Origin: Schizochytrium sp. TIO01
Lineage: Eukaryota; Protista; Bigyra: Labyrinthulomycetes
Length of the DNA: 64,000 nucleotides
Assembly: GCA_004764695.1 (NCBI GenBank)
Contig: SMSO01000014.1
Span: 677,648-741,647 of the forward strand
Reading direction: 5' to 3'
The notes beneath the pieces were generated by a model. The model did not search any database. It saw only the letters and a list, made by a program, of their open reading frames with translations, and had not been told where the DNA came from. Both the position numbers and the translations under genes were made by a program. Shown one piece after another: positions 58,950 through 64,000 of the stretch; the first letter of the stretch is position 1, and each line of letters starts with the position of its first letter.

Positions 58950-61265
58950 ATGGAGCAGTCCCTCGCAATAGGTCTTCAGCATATTGAACGCCTGCGAAAG
59001 CTATATCGTGCTCAGCCTCGAGATGACAATGCTATTGAGCGCGTGGCGAAGGACGCTCGCACCCGGCTCGAAGAGGTAATCCTTGGCGATCCACCTCTCG
59101 CTGCTCGGAAAGAGGTTGAAGACCAGCTTTGGCGTTATTGCTACTACAAGCGCATTGAAGAGTTTCGAAAGAGGCTTGCCAAGAGTGGACGCCCCTCTCA
59201 AGCCTCTGACGCCCGGGAAACAGCGCAGCGGCAACGCGCTCTGCGTGGGGACTTTTTGCATTTTCTTGATGTAGCACAAAGCCAGTATGCATCATTCCTG
59301 ACTCGTTTGACGCAAGCACGCGAAGCTACATCCAAAGAAGACATTCGGAAACAACTTTTTTCTGCCTCGATTCATCGCTGCCATCTATATACAGGTGATT
59401 TGGCTCGCTATCGTGAGCTCAATGATACTTCACGTGAGCAAAAATCTTACGAAGCTGCTGCTCAGCAATACAAAGAAGCCTTGCGTGCGTACCCCCAGAA
59501 GGGAAATCCCCATAATCAGCTTGCTGTACTAGCTCAATACCGGAATGAAATGATTGTTGCTCTATTTCGTTATGAAATGGCGCTCTTGGTTCCAGAACCC
59601 TTTGAGACTGCTCAGACAAATCTGAATATGCTTTATGATTTTGTGCTCAAAAACGCACGCAAACGGGACTTGTTGAATCAACCTGTTCTCCCGTCGAACG
59701 CGCCTATCTCAGGCTCTCAGCGTTCTGCTTTGCTTCGGGACTTCTCCTTCCGTTTTGTTCTTCTTCACGGGCTTGTAAATGGGCATTCCCACTTGAAGCC
59801 TGAAGACGGAGTTTCTCAAGACGCTCTGATGAAGCGAGTCATTGACGAGTTGGCACTGCTGGTACGAAAATCAGCCTTGAACAAGGAGGTGCGTCTTGCC
59901 TTGGTGGTGACGAGCATCTCCCTTGTCCTTAATGCGCGAAAGACACGTACAGACCCAGACGTCGCTGAGACTTTGGCCTTTTCGGTAGTTTCTACATTCG
60001 CTTCTCACCTTGCAGATGCCGCGAAACGTGGACCTGCGGAAGCAACACCAGGGGAAGCTCTCACGGCTGTCTCAGTTTTCCTAGAATGGATTCGGGAAGA
60101 CATTAAAGCAGGAAACACTATTGATCTGAAGAGAAAGCCAGCTGCCCTAACTCTCTGGAATTCTCTTCAAGTGCTCTGGCCGTCTCTACTTGCAGCAGCG
60201 AACGGTGGTGCTAGTACGCAAACCTCCATCGTCCGGAAACCCGAGCTTTTGTGGGAAGATGTGGAGCTGGAGGCATTTGTACCCCTTCGAGGAAGTCGAG
60301 GCTATCTTGCAGCAGCTGCTGCTGGCGATAACAAAAAGCCTGCTGCTTCAGGTCAAGACCGTGAAAAGGCTGCGACTGAAAGGGGTCAACGCGTATGTTT
60401 GGTGTGTGACTGGATCATGCATGATTCGCGGTACGTTGGTGTTTTGCCTTTTGACGCATCTTTTGCACTTCCGGTAAATGCAAATGTGGCTGCTATTTCA
60501 TCTGTGGCATCTCTTCTTGATAAATCTCACCTCGCACACTCTGCACATGCTGGGTGGTCTGGGGCACAACGGTCTGGAAGACCTACAAGCAAAACGCAAT
60601 TTGGTGCAAACGAAGAAGAAGACGACGGGGAAGAAATCATTATGCTTGTTCCTGGGTCTTTGCGGCCGGGTGCTTCGTCTCTTTCAGGTAATTCTTCTGA
60701 TCAGCGGAGCACCACAGCTTCGCAACCGGGGCCTCAGGCCATGAACAGAAATGGCCTCCGTCCAGAGAACCTTGCATTTACGATACAGGGCACACCATCA
60801 GGTACCGAAAATATTCACACCGCGTATGAAGTACCCCCATTCAATTCATCTGCTGCATTCCTAGGGAAGTCTAATGAGCCTCCGCTCCAGCCACCGCGGC
60901 AGATGAAGACGAGCGGGTTTCCAGGCACACTTACAGCTCCGCAAACCTTTGGTTTAAGTAGAAACCCCAAAGATTCTTATCAGGACGGGCCGGGAGCAGG
61001 TACTTGGCAGACCCCTATGAGTATGAACTTCGTATCCCCACCAACGGAGTCACCTGCAGGCTCTGCACCATCTACACATGCGTCAGGACTCCTGTCTCCA
61101 TCAGCTTTGCTTCCGTTTCTGCCACCTATGGAAGGTGCTCCCCAAGATGCAGGAGCATCGTCTGCGGGATTGTCTCAGGTTTCGAGCTCACGTCCGCCTC
61201 CTGGATTTGCTTCTGAAAGTATGTCTGAGAATCGAAAGAGCAACAGCATCCACCCTGGTAGATAG
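58950..61265 (+). CDS. SMG7: SMG7/EST1-family nonsense-mediated decay factor (TPR/14-3-3-like EST1 domains, no PIN domain seen)
   Basis: First ATG at 58950. Motifs LWRYCYYKRIEEFR, HRCHLYTGDLARYREL, YKEALRAYPQKGNPHNQLAVLA, LWEDVELEAFVPL, acidic EEEDDGEEIIMLVP and a Pro/Ser-rich tail are typical of SMG7/Ebs1-like proteins. Confidence 0.85.
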   Translation: MEQSLAIGLQHIERLRKLYRAQPRDDNAIERVAKDARTRLEEVILGDPPLAARKEVEDQLWRYCYYKRIEEFRKRLAKSGRPSQASDARETAQRQRALRGDFLHFLDVAQSQYASFLTRLTQAREATSKEDIRKQLFSASIHRCHLYTGDLARYRELNDTSREQKSYEAAAQQYKEALRAYPQKGNPHNQLAVLAQYRNEMIVALFRYEMALLVPEPFETAQTNLNMLYDFVLKNARKRDLLNQPVLPSNAPISGSQRSALLRDFSFRFVLLHGLVNGHSHLKPEDGVSQDALMKRVIDELALLVRKSALNKEVRLALVVTSISLVLNARKTRTDPDVAETLAFSVVSTFASHLADAAKRGPAEATPGEALTAVSVFLEWIREDIKAGNTIDLKRKPAALTLWNSLQVLWPSLLAAANGGASTQTSIVRKPELLWEDVELEAFVPLRGSRGYLAAAAAGDNKKPAASGQDREKAATERGQRVCLVCDWIMHDSRYVGVLPFDASFALPVNANVAAISSVASLLDKSHLAHSAHAGWSGAQRSGRPTSKTQFGANEEEDDGEEIIMLVPGSLRPGASSLSGNSSDQRSTTASQPGPQAMNRNGLRPENLAFTIQGTPSGTENIHTAYEVPPFNSSAAFLGKSNEPPLQPPRQMKTSGFPGTLTAPQTFGLSRNPKDSYQDGPGAGTWQTPMSMNFVSPPTESPAGSAPSTHASGLLSPSALLPFLPPMEGAPQDAGASSAGLSQVSSSRPPPGFASESMSENRKSNSIHPGR

Positions 61266-61627
61266 ATGGATTTAGCTCACACAAATGATCGAGTTTTAAA
61301 GACAAATCTTGGCAAGGTTAGGATGCAGATTCTATGTTTTCGCAATGTGAGTGTCACTTAGGTAGCAAACTATGTGTTGGAGGTGGGAAAACTATGCATG
61401 TTGCATTAACAGGAAGATCGATTGATTGGGTTATAATGGTTCAGGTGTTTTTTGGTTTTGTTTTGTTATCTCTACAAATATTCCCAGACGAGCCTAATTC
61501 TCCTTCTCACATTACTATAAACGCATGCAAACATGACTAAGGTTGCCATCAATGGATTGTGCCCACGTGCGCTATAATTCAACTGGTAATACATCATAAG
61601 TCTGAGCTACGCTTGATTCGGTCCTAA

Positions 61628-64000
61628 TTACAACGGGTTGAATGGGGCGAGGCGTGCAGTCGGCCTTTGCACATGCTTGGATGCGCTTGTGGAGTTCACA
61701 GAGGAGTTCTTCTGTGGAGGAGCAGGTCGAAGGTGCGTCTTTTGCAAAAGAGCGTTGAGCTTACTCTCACGGATTGGTGTGATACTTTTTGCGCTGGTTG
61801 GTGAGGTATCTCGAGCGGCCCCATCTTCCTTTGAGTGTGAAGAGTTCGAAGACTCAGGAGAGGCAACTTCGCGAGCAGCAAGACTTAGAATAGCAGCATT
61901 CATGTTGGGCCTGTCATTATTTGCATAGACAATTGCTCCTCTACGCGTACTGGTATTGATTGATGTAATCGCGCCAACAAGTTCTGCTTGTTCATGTTGT
62001 TCACTCTTCTGGTTTTTAAGGTTTTCTTCTGTCGTGGGTGCACTCACAGCAGGCAGTGTTGTACCAGCATCATCAAGACCTCCACGTGCTGATGTAGTGA
62101 GAAGCTGGCTGATACGGCCTTCATGTTGAGAACCAGTAGAAGCACGGCGCTGAGAAACCGCTTGACTACTTGTTTCTTCCTCGCTTGCTTCTGCGATTGC
62201 GGTCACAGAAGGTGCTTCAGCATTTTTCACGTGTGCCGACGCTGGTACTGCCAAAGTAGCGCGGCGCTGTGGTAATTTGGGGCTTGGTAAAGACGGACGG
62301 GCAGAATCGATCCGCGTTGCAAGCTCGACTTGCAAAGGAAGTTGACCCACCTTATCACGATGCAATGTAGCATGCTCGATACTAGACATTTGCGTAACAT
62401 TTTCTTCATCTTCAGCATCTTTTTGTTCACTCTCTTCTGAATTTGCAGCAGCACGATCTTGCGCAGCCTTAATAGCATCAGCAACCTCCTCGCTTTCGAC
62501 AGGCTGGGGCTGAGGAAAGGTATACATTCTGCGTGGTTTCAGAGCAACTCCACGTTGTTCAAGACGACGAAAGCGCTCGGTAATGAGAAAGTAAGAGGCA
62601 GTTGCGGAGTTGTGCTTCTTGGCGAGAATAGATTTACAAATATACTCCCGATCAAGCCCATAGTTCCCTAGCTCATGAAGAATACGCTCATCGATTTCTA
62701 CGGTACCCCCGGTTGAAGGGTCCTGCTCTTCCTCCAAGGACTGCAGGCTCATGAATGAACGAAACGACTGGTTGTCACGCATACGAGAGATGCCAAGATG
62801 ACGACGCATCCATACATGTTTGCGAATTCCGTCAATTGTTACACGCTTTGATGGATTCACTTCGAGAATTTGGGAAAGAAGATCTTTAGCCTCAGTAGAA
62901 AGAGATGACGGACATTTGTATTCCGCATTAAGAATTTTACGGTAGAGCTTTGGAGTATCATTATCCTCAAATGGCAAATAGCCAGCAACAAGAGCAAAAA
63001 GAACTACACCAAGACTCCACGTATCTGATTTTGTTCCGTCATATTTCTTACCAGCAATCATCTCGGGGGCTGCGTAACATGGCGAACCACATGCAGTCGA
63101 GAGAAGGGAACCAGTCTCAACAAGGTTACTTAGGCCGTAGTCAGCAACTTTGATAAGAAAAGAGCCGTCTGAGTGTCGCTGCATAAGAAGATTCTCCGGC
63201 TTAAGGTCACGATGGATGATATGGTTGTCGTGCAAGTACTGCACACCATCGATGATTTGTGAGAAGATCTCGCACGCCTCTTGTTCAGTAAGGCGATGTT
63301 TTTCTACTATATAGTCAAAGAGCTCACCGCCATCAAGAAATTCCATCATAAGAAATATCTGCTTCGGTGTGTCAATCACCTCAAGCAAACGCATGCAGTT
63401 TCCATGACGTGTTTTTTTAAGAATTTTAATTTCTCGGGTAACACGCGTAAGGTCTCCCTCGGTTTTAATTTTGCTCTTCTCAAGGACCTTAACTGCGACC
63501 GTCTCACCGGTCAACGTATGCATACCACGTCGCACTTTGCCAAAGGTTCCTTCGCCCAAGGTCTCGCCAATAATATAGTGCCCAACTGATCGCCCTGAGC
63601 GCTGTTTCGACGTCTTTGATTTGCTACTCCCCCACTCCCACTCCTACTGCCTGGTTCTGCTTTGGGTGTGTGACTTGGTGAAGGCTTTCGCTCTGGGGAG
63701 GCTCTTGTCGTAGCCCTTGAAGATGTAGGCCTGCTGCTTGTTGTCGAGGTTTTGCCAGTACGAGTATCCTGCGGGACGACCGCAACGTTTTGCTCGCCAG
63801 CTCCAGCACGTACTACAGAAGTATTTGTGACGTCTGCAGCCGTGGTGGTGGCAGTTCTGCTGGGCAATCGAATAGGCAACAGTGATGTTACACGTCTTCT
63901 TGAACTCGACGTTTCGCTCGTCTGAGCTGATATTTGGGTCGCTTGAGCGCGCCGAGCTTGCTCTGCTTGTGCATGCTGTTGTTGATGCAAATTTTGTTGG
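61628..64000 (-). CDS. SNF1/AMPK-related (CAMKL) Ser/Thr kinase with UBA-like domain; 5' end outside window; frameshift near 63629-63633
   Basis: Kinase motifs GHYIIGETLGEGTFGKV, VAVKVLEK, HRDLKPEN, DYG and STACGSPCYAAPEMIAGKKY, plus UBA-like IDERILHEL...HNSATASYFLI. The kinase frame is closed by TAG at 63646-63644. A Gln/Ser/Thr-rich frame (63511-63999) is open to the window edge and fuses if the C5 run is C6. Confidence 0.9.

Overview
This is eukaryotic, intron-poor DNA. The AT-rich spacers, AAC-rich 5' flanks, SAR-type CAMKL kinase and plant/protist-type SMG7 suggest a stramenopile protist such as a thraustochytrid (inference, not proven). The main feature is a head-to-tail tandem array of six intronless secreted proteinase-K-type (S8A) subtilisin genes at 18959-57583 (+). 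Their architecture is signal peptide / RxL motifs / Cys-bearing prodomain / catalytic domain / Pro-Thr linker / PA domain placed AFTER the catalytic domain / Pro-Thr linker / two 4-Cys repeats / an 8-Cys C-terminal domain ending in RCC. Copy 4 lacks the terminal domain and the RxL motifs; copy 5 carries a 1-bp frameshift. The array is followed by an SMG7/EST1-like NMD factor (+) and a convergent SNF1/AMPK-related kinase (-), which runs off the window and has a probable homopolymer frameshift. The first ~19 kb and the inter-protease spacers hold no intact gene. By manual translation they contain stop-ridden fragments resembling unrelated genes (actin-related protein, PP2C, MAPK-like kinase, bromodomain, WD40) and transposons (copia RT/RNase H, LINE endonuclease, hAT), separated by A/T tracts. 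There is also a 128-bp tandem repeat, several microsatellites and a dispersed TAGGTAG motif. All family calls come from motifs read by eye; no database searches were run.
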